Shown one piece after another: positions 20,912 through 30,503 of a stretch of 64,000 nt of DNA. The position numbers and the translations under genes are program-made. Positions within the stretch are counted from its first letter, which is position 1, and every line of letters begins with the position of its first letter. This stretch comes from an uncultured virus (IMG/VR IMGVR_UViG_3300042934_000869) (Duplodnaviria > Heunggongvirae > Uroviricota > Caudoviricetes), in the IMG/VR virus record IMGVR_UViG_3300042934_000869; one strand, 5' to 3'. The notes beneath the pieces were generated by a model that had not been told where the DNA came from, made no database searches, and saw nothing but the letters and a program-made list of their open reading frames with translations.

Positions 20912-20933
20912 TTTAGTATTAATTAATACTAAA
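20912..20933. repeat. Perfect 22-bp palindrome, operator-like
   Basis: TTTAGTATTAATTAATACTAAA. A related 12-bp palindrome ATTAATATTAAT lies at 20959-20970. Confidence 0.7.
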
Positions 20934-20958
20934 GAGAACACCTACTAATAGGTGCTCC
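20931..20958 (-). terminator. Terminator/attenuator-like hairpin downstream of promoter copy 3
   Basis: Minus strand GGAGCACCTA-TTAG-TAGGTGTTCT followed by CTTT. Confidence 0.5.
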
Positions 20959-21013
20959 ATTAATATTAATACTTAGGGTTCTAGTAGAAAACATTGTCTT
21001 TTGTTTTCGCTAT

Positions 21014-21046
21014 ATTATAAATTAAATTCCTATATTACTGGGGATT
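21014..21046 (-). promoter_or_regulatory. Element-specific promoter-like motif, copy 3
   Basis: AATCCCC-N20-TATAAT. Confidence 0.6.
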
Positions 21047-21064
21047 TTACCTCCCAAAGATATT

Positions 21065-22621
21065 TTACATATCAATATCCTTTCCTAGCCCTATTGACAG
21101 ATATCTTACTAGCATTGGTGTAAATCCTCCGAAACAATCACATCTATCTCTAGTATATCCTCTACCTTCTATGTCATCAAAGTTGTTACCAAATCCTTGT
21201 CTTATATATCTAGAAGTTTTACCGTATAGACCGAAGGTGCTTAAGTTTATTTTACTTTCCTTCCAATCTTCTCTAACTCGTATACAGCTGTTTTTAATAA
21301 GCTCAGTTAGTTTTCTTCCGGTTTTAACTGTAGGAGGTAACTTAAAATTATTTTTATTGCTCAGAGATTTCATTATTGTCATCGCATCACTTCTTCCATC
21401 TATAAACAAATCTATTGGTGCTAGAGATCGTATATCTTTTATATCTAATTTAGTATTACAGATTCCTAACTTTGGTCTAAATAAAATAGCGTCTACCTCA
21501 CAGTTTAATTCATGAACATATCCAACATACACTATTCCATCTTTTGAGAAAAATATTAATTTTGTCACATCTATTATATCGTTTTCTATGCCTAGCAACT
21601 CGTATAGATTATCTATTCTTGACCTGCACTCTCTGCATCCTTCTACAGTGTCTATGTCATGAAAATCATAGATACTAAGAATCTTTATATTATCTGCATT
21701 AGTAAATCCAGCAGTTTTTCTGTCATTTATACTTTTAGATTCTATATTGATATATGTGAGTTTTAAGTATATTTTACTTGATTTTATTATATTATATATT
21801 ATTCTATCATTAACATACTTAACCATGATAAATGGAAGATTAGTAAGATATTTAACTCGCTCTTCAACTAACATACAATCTTCTCCTATTAGGGAGTCTG
21901 ATATTTCTCTCATTATGTGCTTTATTGCATGTGAACTAATATAACATGATATCCCATACCTCAAATATAATTCTATTATTAAACTCCTGTATATACTCTC
22001 ATAAGAATCTGGTCCTGCATAAATTACTATATTACTTCCTTTATTATCTTTTATAAAATCTACAGCCTTAGAAAACTCATCCAAATATTTATAACTATAA
22101 GTGTCGTATTGTGACAGCTTAACACATATATCGGATACATCGTATACTTTATCTGTACCTATCCGATTTATTATATTATTTTTTATACTCTCATTATAAG
22201 TCTTTATATTAACCATTTGGGTAAGTCTTATATCTGGATATATTTCTTTTATCTGATTAAGAACAGATTCTATTACATCTCCATCGCTTGAAAGAACTAC
22301 TAAATGCGTAGGCTCTGAGTCACTAGGCATACTATATCTAGACGCTTCTATTTCGGTATTTATAGGTTTGTTGGGGTCAATTATCATAAGATAATTTAGT
22401 CTGTAACTAGACAGATATCCGAAATAGAGACCAAAGTCAGCATACTGACTATCAAGAGATTTATCAAATAAATTCTCTTCGTCTTTAATAAAATAAGACT
22501 CTTTTTGATCTTTTACTACGTGATAGAACTTTACGATATCAACATAGTACGAGTATATATTATCTAACTCTATAGAACTTTTATTTACTTTCTCTAGAAA
22601 CTCTTTATAAGTTAATTCCAT
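21065..22621 (-). CDS. Hypothetical protein (518 aa)
   Basis: Long ORF with a GGAGG RBS; no motif recognised. Confidence 0.8.
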   Translation of the reverse strand: MELTYKEFLEKVNKSSIELDNIYSYYVDIVKFYHVVKDQKESYFIKDEENLFDKSLDSQYADFGLYFGYLSSYRLNYLMIIDPNKPINTEIEASRYSMPSDSEPTHLVVLSSDGDVIESVLNQIKEIYPDIRLTQMVNIKTYNESIKNNIINRIGTDKVYDVSDICVKLSQYDTYSYKYLDEFSKAVDFIKDNKGSNIVIYAGPDSYESIYRSLIIELYLRYGISCYISSHAIKHIMREISDSLIGEDCMLVEERVKYLTNLPFIMVKYVNDRIIYNIIKSSKIYLKLTYINIESKSINDRKTAGFTNADNIKILSIYDFHDIDTVEGCRECRSRIDNLYELLGIENDIIDVTKLIFFSKDGIVYVGYVHELNCEVDAILFRPKLGICNTKLDIKDIRSLAPIDLFIDGRSDAMTIMKSLSNKNNFKLPPTVKTGRKLTELIKNSCIRVREDWKESKINLSTFGLYGKTSRYIRQGFGNNFDDIEGRGYTRDRCDCFGGFTPMLVRYLSIGLGKDIDM

Positions 22622-22622
22622 T

Positions 22623-23279
22623 TTAAGACCTCCATTCTTCTGTTTTTTCTACACATACATTTCCAAGCTCTTTAGTGAGGTATATCATTTTTCTACTTAA
22701 GTCTTGGTATAGCTCTCCTCCCTGTGTTATTAAAATTATCTGCATTCCTTCTTCTACACATTTACTTAGTATATTACCAACTTTTGCTTTATTCTCTGGG
22801 GAACTATTTCCGAAAGCTTCGTCTACGAATAATACATTCACTCCTTGCATTTTACTTATTCCATGACTAGCAGTGAATGATACTAATTGTTTTAGCAATC
22901 CGCCTTCAGTATTTCTAGGATTTCTAGCTTTGTTTCTTTCATCTAACAAAACAAGCTTGGCTTTACCTCTCCCCTTCTCATCTACTAGTATTTGTGAATT
23001 TAAGTTCTCATCCGGGAATATATAGTCTATACTTGAATCTATCTCCAACTCTAACCTAGATACTCTGTTCTGTTTATATCTATTACCATTTATTCTAGCT
23101 TCTTCTTCTATGTTTTGTAGTATAGTTAGATAGCCACGTGCTTTAAATAAATTATCTCCTACTTGAGATTGTTTAATCATATTTTCTTCTAGCTTACTAT
23201 TATTTATCTTTGCATTCTCTAATTCATTTATCTTCTTATAATATGTTTTTCTTAACTCGTCTATTTTATAATTATTCAT
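22623..23279 (-). CDS. sbcC: SbcC/Rad50-like ABC ATPase, C-terminal half
   Basis: Coiled coil, signature-like TEGG..Q, Walker B LFVDEAFGNS, switch region IILITQ; no Walker A. Confidence 0.8.
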   Translation of the reverse strand: MNNYKIDELRKTYYKKINELENAKINNSKLEENMIKQSQVGDNLFKARGYLTILQNIEEEARINGNRYKQNRVSRLELEIDSSIDYIFPDENLNSQILVDEKGRGKAKLVLLDERNKARNPRNTEGGLLKQLVSFTASHGISKMQGVNVLFVDEAFGNSSPENKAKVGNILSKCVEEGMQIILITQGGELYQDLSRKMIYLTKELGNVCVEKTEEWRS

Positions 23280-24360
23280 TTACACTACCTCTAGGGAAGA
23301 GTATTTTCCCTCCCTTGAAAGACATTATTATGAAGTCTTTACATAAATTAAATGTACTATCTCCGCTAGATGGTATACTATTAAGAACCCATTTTGGTAT
23401 AGAGAATACTGGAACTTTTTCTCTTTTTAATTCTTCATCTTTATCTATTATACTAGTAAAAGCATTTAAATCTATTAAATCATTATCATCAGTATTTTCT
23501 TTTGAATCTTTATTGGCACTTATTTTTTCTTTAATTACTATACTAGCTTTTACCTCTTTCATATCATCACGTAGAACTACAAAATTTTCATTGAAATCTA
23601 CTTTACATTCTACGCCTTTATCAAAAGTAAGTCTTCCATTTATTGAGTTCAAACTTGTCATATCTGTCTTTATTTTGTACCTATACTTTATAGTTAGTAT
23701 ACGATGTAAATCACAATCCATTGGCACTCTTAGCTTTGAAGTTATTACATGTATATCATAGTCTTCTATATTATAATAAATATATTGTCTTATAAAAGTT
23801 AATAGATATGCATCTGCTATTAATTTTTTCATTGTGTATACAGATAGCCCAAAATTAGGTAGGTCTGATTTATTAAAGATAAAACACCTCTCAAACATAC
23901 CGTATGCAATACCATCTAAGCTGTAGAACTCTGTATTTAGTCTTATCAACGTTCTTATTAAATTTGATACCTTGGATATGGTATATCCTTCATAGTTTCC
24001 CGACTCTTCTATTATTTTTAATTTTTCTTCATAATCTATAAACCCTGTTTGTCTTCTAGTGCTTATCTTATACATTAATTCCATATCTTTATTATAGAAT
24101 AAAGTTTTTACTGTATCTGATTTTATTATGAAATCTATTACAGATTCTGACGATAGTTTCTGAAAGAAAACTTTTGGCATTCTTATACTGATATCATTGC
24201 TGTCACCATCTAATACTTGGAGAACACAGTGTACATAAATATCTGACATTTCTGAACATAAGAATACAATATTATTTTTATACACTATGTCTATATAGTC
24301 TCCGCAATAAGAACAAAACTTCTGAAGTTTAGTATTATCCACACGAACTCTATAATTCAT
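23272..24360 (-). CDS. Putative DNA sliding clamp (beta-clamp-like, highly divergent)
   Basis: 362 aa, matching DnaN size. Repeating beta-alpha-beta pattern; IVFLCSEMSDIYV..DISIRMPKVFFQKL resembles clamp domain 1. DnaX and delta-like genes are in the same window. Confidence 0.45.
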   Translation of the reverse strand: MNYRVRVDNTKLQKFCSYCGDYIDIVYKNNIVFLCSEMSDIYVHCVLQVLDGDSNDISIRMPKVFFQKLSSESVIDFIIKSDTVKTLFYNKDMELMYKISTRRQTGFIDYEEKLKIIEESGNYEGYTISKVSNLIRTLIRLNTEFYSLDGIAYGMFERCFIFNKSDLPNFGLSVYTMKKLIADAYLLTFIRQYIYYNIEDYDIHVITSKLRVPMDCDLHRILTIKYRYKIKTDMTSLNSINGRLTFDKGVECKVDFNENFVVLRDDMKEVKASIVIKEKISANKDSKENTDDNDLIDLNAFTSIIDKDEELKREKVPVFSIPKWVLNSIPSSGDSTFNLCKDFIIMSFKGGKILFPRGSVNE

Positions 24361-24653
24361 TTTAAATACTCCTCCACAAGATTTAGAAGTTCTACAACTG
24401 TTGTATTTATTTTTTCTTTTAATTCCATTACTTCTTCATATGATAAGCTATTCATATTCATAATGTATTCTCTGTTTACTAAATCTGAATTAAATAGCTT
24501 TATTCTACTAATTACGAACTCGTCAGAGTTATCTATTATCTCTAATAAAGATTTCTGACACTCTTCTATTATAGTTTGCTTTTGTCTATTAGCATAAGTA
24601 TATTCTGATATTTTATTTCTATAATTACCTATCCTATCTTTTATGTTACTCAT
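24357..24653 (-). CDS. Small coiled-coil protein (98 aa)
   Basis: AGGAGG RBS; lies within the sbcCD cluster. Confidence 0.7.
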   Translation of the reverse strand: MSNIKDRIGNYRNKISEYTYANRQKQTIIEECQKSLLEIIDNSDEFVISRIKLFNSDLVNREYIMNMNSLSYEEVMELKEKINTTVVELLNLVEEYLK

Positions 24654-24657
24654 ATTT

Positions 24658-25728
24658 CTACCTCCTAAGCATATCCTTTAGAAATTCTAATGTACTATCT
24701 GGTTTGTTCTCTAGTATTTCGTCTATCACACTATTTATAAATGGGTTTTGGTTGAAGTGTGTCTTTATTCCTTCTATTGGATCTTCTACCTCTCCTAAAA
24801 CACTTATTCTATGTTTTCTTTCTTTTACTGATTTATATTTGGTCTTTTGTATTTCTACTAATTCTTCATTCACACATTCTTCTCTAGATGGTAGATTAAA
24901 TTTGTTAGAATCTTCTCGTATATATTTTCCATCTTCAACTATTACAACAGGAATATTTCTCTCTAAGAATTTATTAGATATCTCACTCTCTTTAGTTCTG
25001 TATAAAGAGCCTAGGTAGCTTAAAACAATATCTTCTTCTTCATCTATCCACTCTCCGTATAATAGGTGTTGGTGACCAAAATAACATCTATTATATCCTT
25101 TTAGTACATCGTTATTATCTAGGTAAATGTAATTATACTTCTTCTCCATAGTTTCTTTATTCAATTCAAATATATCCATATTTCTAGTTTTCACTTCATC
25201 TAGTATATGTCTGAAAACTACATCCTGATGGAATAAACCTATTGTTCTCTTTTCTGGATTTGGAGTAAGTATGCCACACCCATAGTGGTTGAATAGAAAT
25301 TCAACTTCTCCGTCTTCGAGCCTGTCACAAATAGTTATACACTTATTAGCTCCTTTTACTTTCCAACTTGTTTTCTTATAGTTTTTAACTCTCGAAGAAT
25401 TAATTTCAGAGACTAGATGCCAGAATGGATTATTCTTATGGTAGGTAAATTCATGATTTCCTATAACAGAATATATTCCATTAAACTCTTCCTTCTTACT
25501 ATACATACTTGACATACTTGACATTGCTTCGTCAACATCTCTATATGAGTTATTAAAAACATCACCTAAATACATAAGATATACATTATATCCTTTATTT
25601 TTGTATTTTCTTCCTATTTCCAATATTTTGTCATCTACTACTTTTTGTTCGAGTAAAAAGTTTTTTCTATTTTTAGCTGCTCTATATGTTATATGAGCAT
25701 CAGCAATTTTCAGGTATGCATTCTTCAT
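24658..25728 (-). CDS. sbcD: SbcD/Mre11-family metallophosphoesterase nuclease
   Basis: IADAH, LGDVF, IGNHE, LFHQ, FGHQH, YLGSL. Confidence 0.88.
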   Translation of the reverse strand: MKNAYLKIADAHITYRAAKNRKNFLLEQKVVDDKILEIGRKYKNKGYNVYLMYLGDVFNNSYRDVDEAMSSMSSMYSKKEEFNGIYSVIGNHEFTYHKNNPFWHLVSEINSSRVKNYKKTSWKVKGANKCITICDRLEDGEVEFLFNHYGCGILTPNPEKRTIGLFHQDVVFRHILDEVKTRNMDIFELNKETMEKKYNYIYLDNNDVLKGYNRCYFGHQHLLYGEWIDEEEDIVLSYLGSLYRTKESEISNKFLERNIPVVIVEDGKYIREDSNKFNLPSREECVNEELVEIQKTKYKSVKERKHRISVLGEVEDPIEGIKTHFNQNPFINSVIDEILENKPDSTLEFLKDMLRR

Positions 25729-26908
25729 CTTTTAGAACGATTCTTCCATAGATAGGACAATCGTATGATTCACCACCTTCTAACTCTTTATTTATATAGT
25801 TACTATATTCTTTTATTTTAGAATCTATGTTTCCATAGGAAATACACGTTTCTAATTTGTCGGTTATTGAGTCTAATTTAGCAATTAAATCTAGTATTTT
25901 ATCTGGCTTATCAACTTCTTTAAATTTAGTTACTGTCGATAATTTATATTCTATACTGTCTAAATTTCCAACAGATTCTATAAATCTATTACACATATCT
26001 TCATCTATATTTCTAAACTCTGGTATCTTATCTAGGTTTACTAAGTTTAGGTATAAGCATTCAGATATATTATTAAGTACTTCTGCTTTATCTAAATGCT
26101 TAGGTACTTTATGTATTTTACTTAATACTTCAGATGATGAATGTAAAGTATCTGCTTTATCTAGCAGTATGTTTGTGTTTATATTTATTATTTTAAATTC
26201 CTTTACTTTAAATAACTCGTCTGAGATTTTATCTATACTGCTACATATGTTTATTAGTGCGTGAGAAGATTCTAATATCTCTTCTTTTCCTGTTGTGTCT
26301 ATATAGCTAGAATTATTTACTATATTATCTAAGTATGACTTTTCTATTTCTAGTCTTGCTATTATCTCTTTTGTCTCAGGAATTCTAGTATTATTTATTA
26401 CATCAGTTAAGTTATTTAAATCGTTATGAGTTGTCACACTGTCTACCACTGTAAAAGTTGCTGAATCATCACTTGTTATAAATAGCATAGGTTGGTCCAT
26501 GTCTACTATATTACTTATTAGCGGTCCTACGATTTTCGAACCTATCTTATGTAAAAAGTCTTCTGGTGGTTCTGTTCCGATGTATTCAAAATTTTCATCT
26601 TTTATATTTAGCTTTCTAAAGTATCTGTTTTCTTTTAATGTTACATCCACTTTATAAATACTTTCATCTGTAAATACATATATTAAGGTGGACTTACTAT
26701 AACCTATCTTTATAAAATCTTCCCTATCAACTTTATCGAAACCTCTAGGATTTACAGCTATTCTTAACATCTTTAATATTACACTTTTTCCTGTTTGGTT
26801 AGGAGCTACGATTACATTTAAGCCACTGTCAAATGTAATTGTACAGTCTTTCCATGATTGAGCATTTATCATTCTCATTCCAGCTAAATAAACCTTTTCT
26901 TTGCTCAT
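25700..26908 (-). CDS. sbcC: SbcC/Rad50-like ABC ATPase, N-terminal half
   Basis: GLNVIVAPNQTGKS Walker A, FIKIG, Q-loop MDQ, coiled coil, ends with CPIYG..C..C; no Walker B. Confidence 0.82.
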   Translation of the reverse strand: MSKEKVYLAGMRMINAQSWKDCTITFDSGLNVIVAPNQTGKSVILKMLRIAVNPRGFDKVDREDFIKIGYSKSTLIYVFTDESIYKVDVTLKENRYFRKLNIKDENFEYIGTEPPEDFLHKIGSKIVGPLISNIVDMDQPMLFITSDDSATFTVVDSVTTHNDLNNLTDVINNTRIPETKEIIARLEIEKSYLDNIVNNSSYIDTTGKEEILESSHALINICSSIDKISDELFKVKEFKIININTNILLDKADTLHSSSEVLSKIHKVPKHLDKAEVLNNISECLYLNLVNLDKIPEFRNIDEDMCNRFIESVGNLDSIEYKLSTVTKFKEVDKPDKILDLIAKLDSITDKLETCISYGNIDSKIKEYSNYINKELEGGESYDCPIYGRIVLKDEECIPENC

Positions 26909-26983
26909 CTGATACCTCCTAGTAAATATTTCTAAAAATGATTACCTATTAAATAATCACTTTATTAAAATATATAATAAGGT

Positions 26984-27009
26984 AAAAGTTGTGGGGATAA
27001 ACCCACAAC
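26984..27009 (-). terminator. Intrinsic terminator after the 459-aa gene
   Basis: Minus strand GTTGTGGG-N6-CCCACAAC-TTTT. Confidence 0.7.
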
Positions 27010-27015
27010 CTTATA

Positions 27016-28395
27016 TTATTCTTCTATTTCCATTTCTGTATCTGTATTAGCATTAATCTCATTAGCTATTTTCTCTAAGTCTTGCTCAGCAAGTTTCTTA
27101 GTTTCTTCGCTAACACTTGAACCTGAAATCTTATCTCTATCATGTTTAGCAAATAAATCATCAGCAGAGTCTCCCCAAATACCTGTTATTAGGTCTGGGT
27201 ATCTATCAAATGCTTCCTTAGTAAGATACTTACACACATAATCAAATGGGTACTCCTCTGCAGTACATGCTAATAATTGATTGATTGAACTATCATCAAT
27301 TATATATTTAATTGCAGATTTCATTACTGAAGTTTCTTGGTCTTTTAAGTCATCTATATATTTACAGTAGAAATTATAGAACTCTTTAAAGTCCGCATAC
27401 TTATCTATAGGTATTTCAGAAGTATTGAACTTTGTGTTTTTACCTCTATCAGAGTCTTTGTCTTCATCTGGAACTATCATATCAAACTCTAGGAATGCTG
27501 GATATATGTCCCTGCTTTCTTTATAAGTGGTTAATTGATTTTTTATAGCTGTTTCGATGTTCTCACTCATCTTAGTAACTCTAGTAGTTTTAAAGATCTC
27601 CTGAGCATCATATTTATTTAAATCCTTAATTTTTAATTTCTCCATCGGAAATTCATTAAGCATTAAGAAGTTGGCATTATAATCCTTAGTTATAGGAGTA
27701 CTACGCATCATGGTTTTTCTTTCTTCTTCTTTTTTATCTTTTGTAGCTCCTATGTTATCTCTTTCCCACGCTGCATATCTTTCCATATTTATTAAACTGA
27801 ACAGACCTTGCAATTTTAGTATTTGAGGGAACTCAAACTTTTTCCCTTCTTCAAGAGGCTCTTTTGGAACTACTTCTCCCATTTCATTTCGTGTAAAGGT
27901 AACTCTGTAATCTCTTCCATAATCTGAACCAGTAAATAATTTAGAGTTTACATGTAGTACTCTTTCTGTAAATATTCTTACTGGTCTAAATTTATCCAAC
28001 ACTGCTAAATCTTCTGGAGTTATTTCATCTGTTTTAGATGTATCCCATTCTTTGATTCTAGCTTTCTTTAAGAACTTTTCTTTTACTTCTTTACCTTCTT
28101 CACTTTCATAAAAAGTTTTTAAAGCCTTTACTATTGTATCAAAAGATTGTTCAACTCTAAACTTAGTCTCTTGATTATATTCATCTGTTTCTTCTCCTGT
28201 AAATGGGTCAAATGGTAAGAAGAAGTCCGTAGGTATAAGTAGCTTAGCTATCTTGTTCTTCTCTTTCTTTAAGAATTGAAATGAAGCAACACCTTGTTGT
28301 CCTTGTTTAGATTCATTTCTTAGATTTAATTTAGAGGTTGTATTTACCTCTTTATTTCTTAATTTCTCTAAATATTCTTGAGTTTCTGTAGTCAT
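27016..28395 (-). CDS. Hypothetical protein (459 aa) with acidic tail, monocistronic
   Basis: Own promoter motif, AGGAGG RBS and terminator. Confidence 0.85.
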   Translation of the reverse strand: MTTETQEYLEKLRNKEVNTTSKLNLRNESKQGQQGVASFQFLKKEKNKIAKLLIPTDFFLPFDPFTGEETDEYNQETKFRVEQSFDTIVKALKTFYESEEGKEVKEKFLKKARIKEWDTSKTDEITPEDLAVLDKFRPVRIFTERVLHVNSKLFTGSDYGRDYRVTFTRNEMGEVVPKEPLEEGKKFEFPQILKLQGLFSLINMERYAAWERDNIGATKDKKEEERKTMMRSTPITKDYNANFLMLNEFPMEKLKIKDLNKYDAQEIFKTTRVTKMSENIETAIKNQLTTYKESRDIYPAFLEFDMIVPDEDKDSDRGKNTKFNTSEIPIDKYADFKEFYNFYCKYIDDLKDQETSVMKSAIKYIIDDSSINQLLACTAEEYPFDYVCKYLTKEAFDRYPDLITGIWGDSADDLFAKHDRDKISGSSVSEETKKLAEQDLEKIANEINANTDTEMEIEE

Positions 28396-28429
28396 TCTTT
28401 CTACCTCCTAAGTATTTGTTTATCATCAT

Positions 28430-28461
28430 ATTATATAATATTTTCTATTAGTATAAGGGTT
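28430..28461 (-). promoter_or_regulatory. Element-specific promoter-like motif, copy 4
   Basis: AACCC-N21-TATAAT. Confidence 0.6.
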
Positions 28462-28465
28462 GTAA

Positions 28466-29236
28466 TTAAAGGAGAATCGATGAGAAAATTCTGTTTCTAC
28501 CAGCTTTATCAATCTCTTCTATAAACTTACTAGTTCCGTATTTTCTAATATAATCGTCTAAATCTTTTGTCTTAGATTGTGTTATTGATTGTACATTGGG
28601 TAATTTCTTTTTAAGATACTCGTATAGAGAAATTCCAGCTTCGTCATTATCATATGCTACATATAACCTAGGTACAAACGATAGAATATATAAAGTGTAA
28701 TCATTTACTATAGAACCTAGATTACATACAGTCGAGTATCCTAATGACCCAGGAGTTATTGAATCGAATATACCATCTGTGAGTATTGCTACTTTACTTG
28801 ATATTAACTTTCTATATCCATTTGGTACGTATAAATATCTTCCTCTATCAAAACAACTTTTATTTGAGTATATGTATTTTGGAGGTACTTCATTATCTGT
28901 ACCAAATATCAAATTGTCTCTACTTATCTTTTTACTAAGTGGGTTAAATCCTGCAAATCCAACTAATTCTCCCATTGCACCTCTTATAGGTATAACTAGA
29001 TGTCCTAACCATTTACATGTCCCGTCTCCTTCGTACAAATCATTACCGTAGTTTAGAGAGCTTGGTCCAAACATATTAAATATGTAATCCTGATTTGGTA
29101 CGAAAAAGCATCCTCTAGATAGTAGATATTCTATATCTATATATCTATCTTCTGCTAAGACACTTAGGAATTCTATCTGCGAATCTCTATCTCCTTCTAC
29201 TATATTTTTTATACCTATATCAAAATTATTAAGCAT
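28466..29236 (-). CDS. dnaG: DnaG-type primase catalytic core (TOPRIM), without zinc-binding or helicase-binding domains
   Basis: LVIPIR..GELVGFAG, PKYIYS, LTDGIFD, NLGS, AYDNDEAG, KDLDDY. Confidence 0.85.
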   Translation of the reverse strand: MLNNFDIGIKNIVEGDRDSQIEFLSVLAEDRYIDIEYLLSRGCFFVPNQDYIFNMFGPSSLNYGNDLYEGDGTCKWLGHLVIPIRGAMGELVGFAGFNPLSKKISRDNLIFGTDNEVPPKYIYSNKSCFDRGRYLYVPNGYRKLISSKVAILTDGIFDSITPGSLGYSTVCNLGSIVNDYTLYILSFVPRLYVAYDNDEAGISLYEYLKKKLPNVQSITQSKTKDLDDYIRKYGTSKFIEEIDKAGRNRIFSSILL

Positions 29237-29991
29237 CAGACTGCCACTATGAAAGTATTGTCAAATGAATAGATTTTACACATTTCAAATTCTCTCACTA
29301 ACTCTACTTTTCTTCCTAGAACTGTATTATTCTCTACTAAATTTTTATCGCAGAATGCACCAAAACTCTCAGTATTTACCCCTATAGATATCAGACCCTT
29401 AAACGCATCTATAATTCTTTTTAATAAGAGATGTTCGTTTATTAACTCTGCTATTTTTGGAATTGTATCTTTATTTACTACTATAAAATCGTTTGTAACA
29501 TCTTCTTTTAATTTGTAACAAACCACTGACCCCCTGTATATTTTTGCGAATGAATTTACTTCTCCGTACTTTATAAACATAGTTTTAGAGTCAAGATAGT
29601 TTATCTCTTTTTCATATGTAAAATCTCTTAAAATACTTTCCTCTGTTATAATTTTTTCTATATTAGCATTTGATTTTTCTAAACTAGATTTTCCAATAAA
29701 CGAATTTAAAGTTATTATCTCTGTAGTATCTTTCATATTTTCTAATGCAAATTCTGCTGTATCTAGTATATCAATTAGCTGTGAATATTTTTCTAATTCT
29801 TCACTATTGTAGCTATTGTACTCATCCTTCAAAAGTATTTTAAACTGAGATATTAACAATTTTCCCTCTTTGTTATATGATATTTTTCTAAGAAAGTCTT
29901 TAGGATTGTTTATATTAAACGACTTTCCTAATTTATTAAACGAAGAATCTAAATCGTACCAAAGGTCATATAACTTATCTAAATTTTTCAT
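29236..29991 (-). CDS. Hypothetical protein (251 aa)
   Basis: GGAGG RBS; translationally coupled to the primase. Confidence 0.75.
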   Translation of the reverse strand: MKNLDKLYDLWYDLDSSFNKLGKSFNINNPKDFLRKISYNKEGKLLISQFKILLKDEYNSYNSEELEKYSQLIDILDTAEFALENMKDTTEIITLNSFIGKSSLEKSNANIEKIITEESILRDFTYEKEINYLDSKTMFIKYGEVNSFAKIYRGSVVCYKLKEDVTNDFIVVNKDTIPKIAELINEHLLLKRIIDAFKGLISIGVNTESFGAFCDKNLVENNTVLGRKVELVREFEMCKIYSFDNTFIVAV

Positions 29992-29999
29992 ACTACCTC

Positions 30000-30503
30000 C
30001 TAATTCTGTATTTCGAATATTTTATTAACTATATCGATTTTTATAGTTTGTCCTTTTATATCTACTATATTATAAGCGTGGCTTATATCTCCCTCTATTC
30101 TACACTCTATACCGTTATATTCACACAGCTCTCTGAACATTAGAGATATTGCTTGACAGTTACCACCCTTTTTAGATAATTCATTTGGGTTTGACTGTTC
30201 AGATGAATATTCAAATTTGTTCATATATTGTATAATTGAGTTTAGCTTTTCTGAAGTACTTCCCTCAAATATTTCTTTTCGTGCAGATATACTTCTTTGT
30301 GGAAATGCTATAGTTCTTTTGAATATATTTATATATTTTAAACTATAAATATCATACATTTCATTTCCCTTTTTCTGTAGGTATTTTTCTACTGTTTCGT
30401 CTTTAGGTACTATTACTACCTTCTCAGTTTTTATTCCTACTATGATTAAGACTAGACACATAATCAAGATGAACGCTGGTAAGTTTCTCAGAACTTTTAT
30501 CAA
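30000..30503 (-). CDS. Membrane-anchored transglutaminase-like (Cys-His-Asp) protein
   Basis: N-terminal TM; GNCQAIS, SHAYNIV, KIDIV. Confidence 0.8.
   Translation of the reverse strand: MIKVLRNLPAFILIMCLVLIIVGIKTEKVVIVPKDETVEKYLQKKGNEMYDIYSLKYINIFKRTIAFPQRSISARKEIFEGSTSEKLNSIIQYMNKFEYSSEQSNPNELSKKGGNCQAISLMFRELCEYNGIECRIEGDISHAYNIVDIKGQTIKIDIVNKIFEIQN

Noticed and set aside
20950..20982. Extra AACCCT resembling the promoter motif
   Set aside because: No TATA-like box 20-22 nt downstream (the hairpin lies there), so it was not counted.
22623..26908. Split sbcC (and likewise the ligA and dnaG fragments) as pseudogenes
   Set aside because: No adjacent frameshifted remainder; each piece is a clean ORF with an RBS or coupling and ends at a domain boundary.
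26960..26998. ATCCCC in the terminator as an eighth promoter copy for the sbcCD operon
   Set aside because: The C-run is explained by the terminator stem and the -10 candidates are off-spacing or poor (TATATT at 18, TATTTT at 20). Possible but unsupported.
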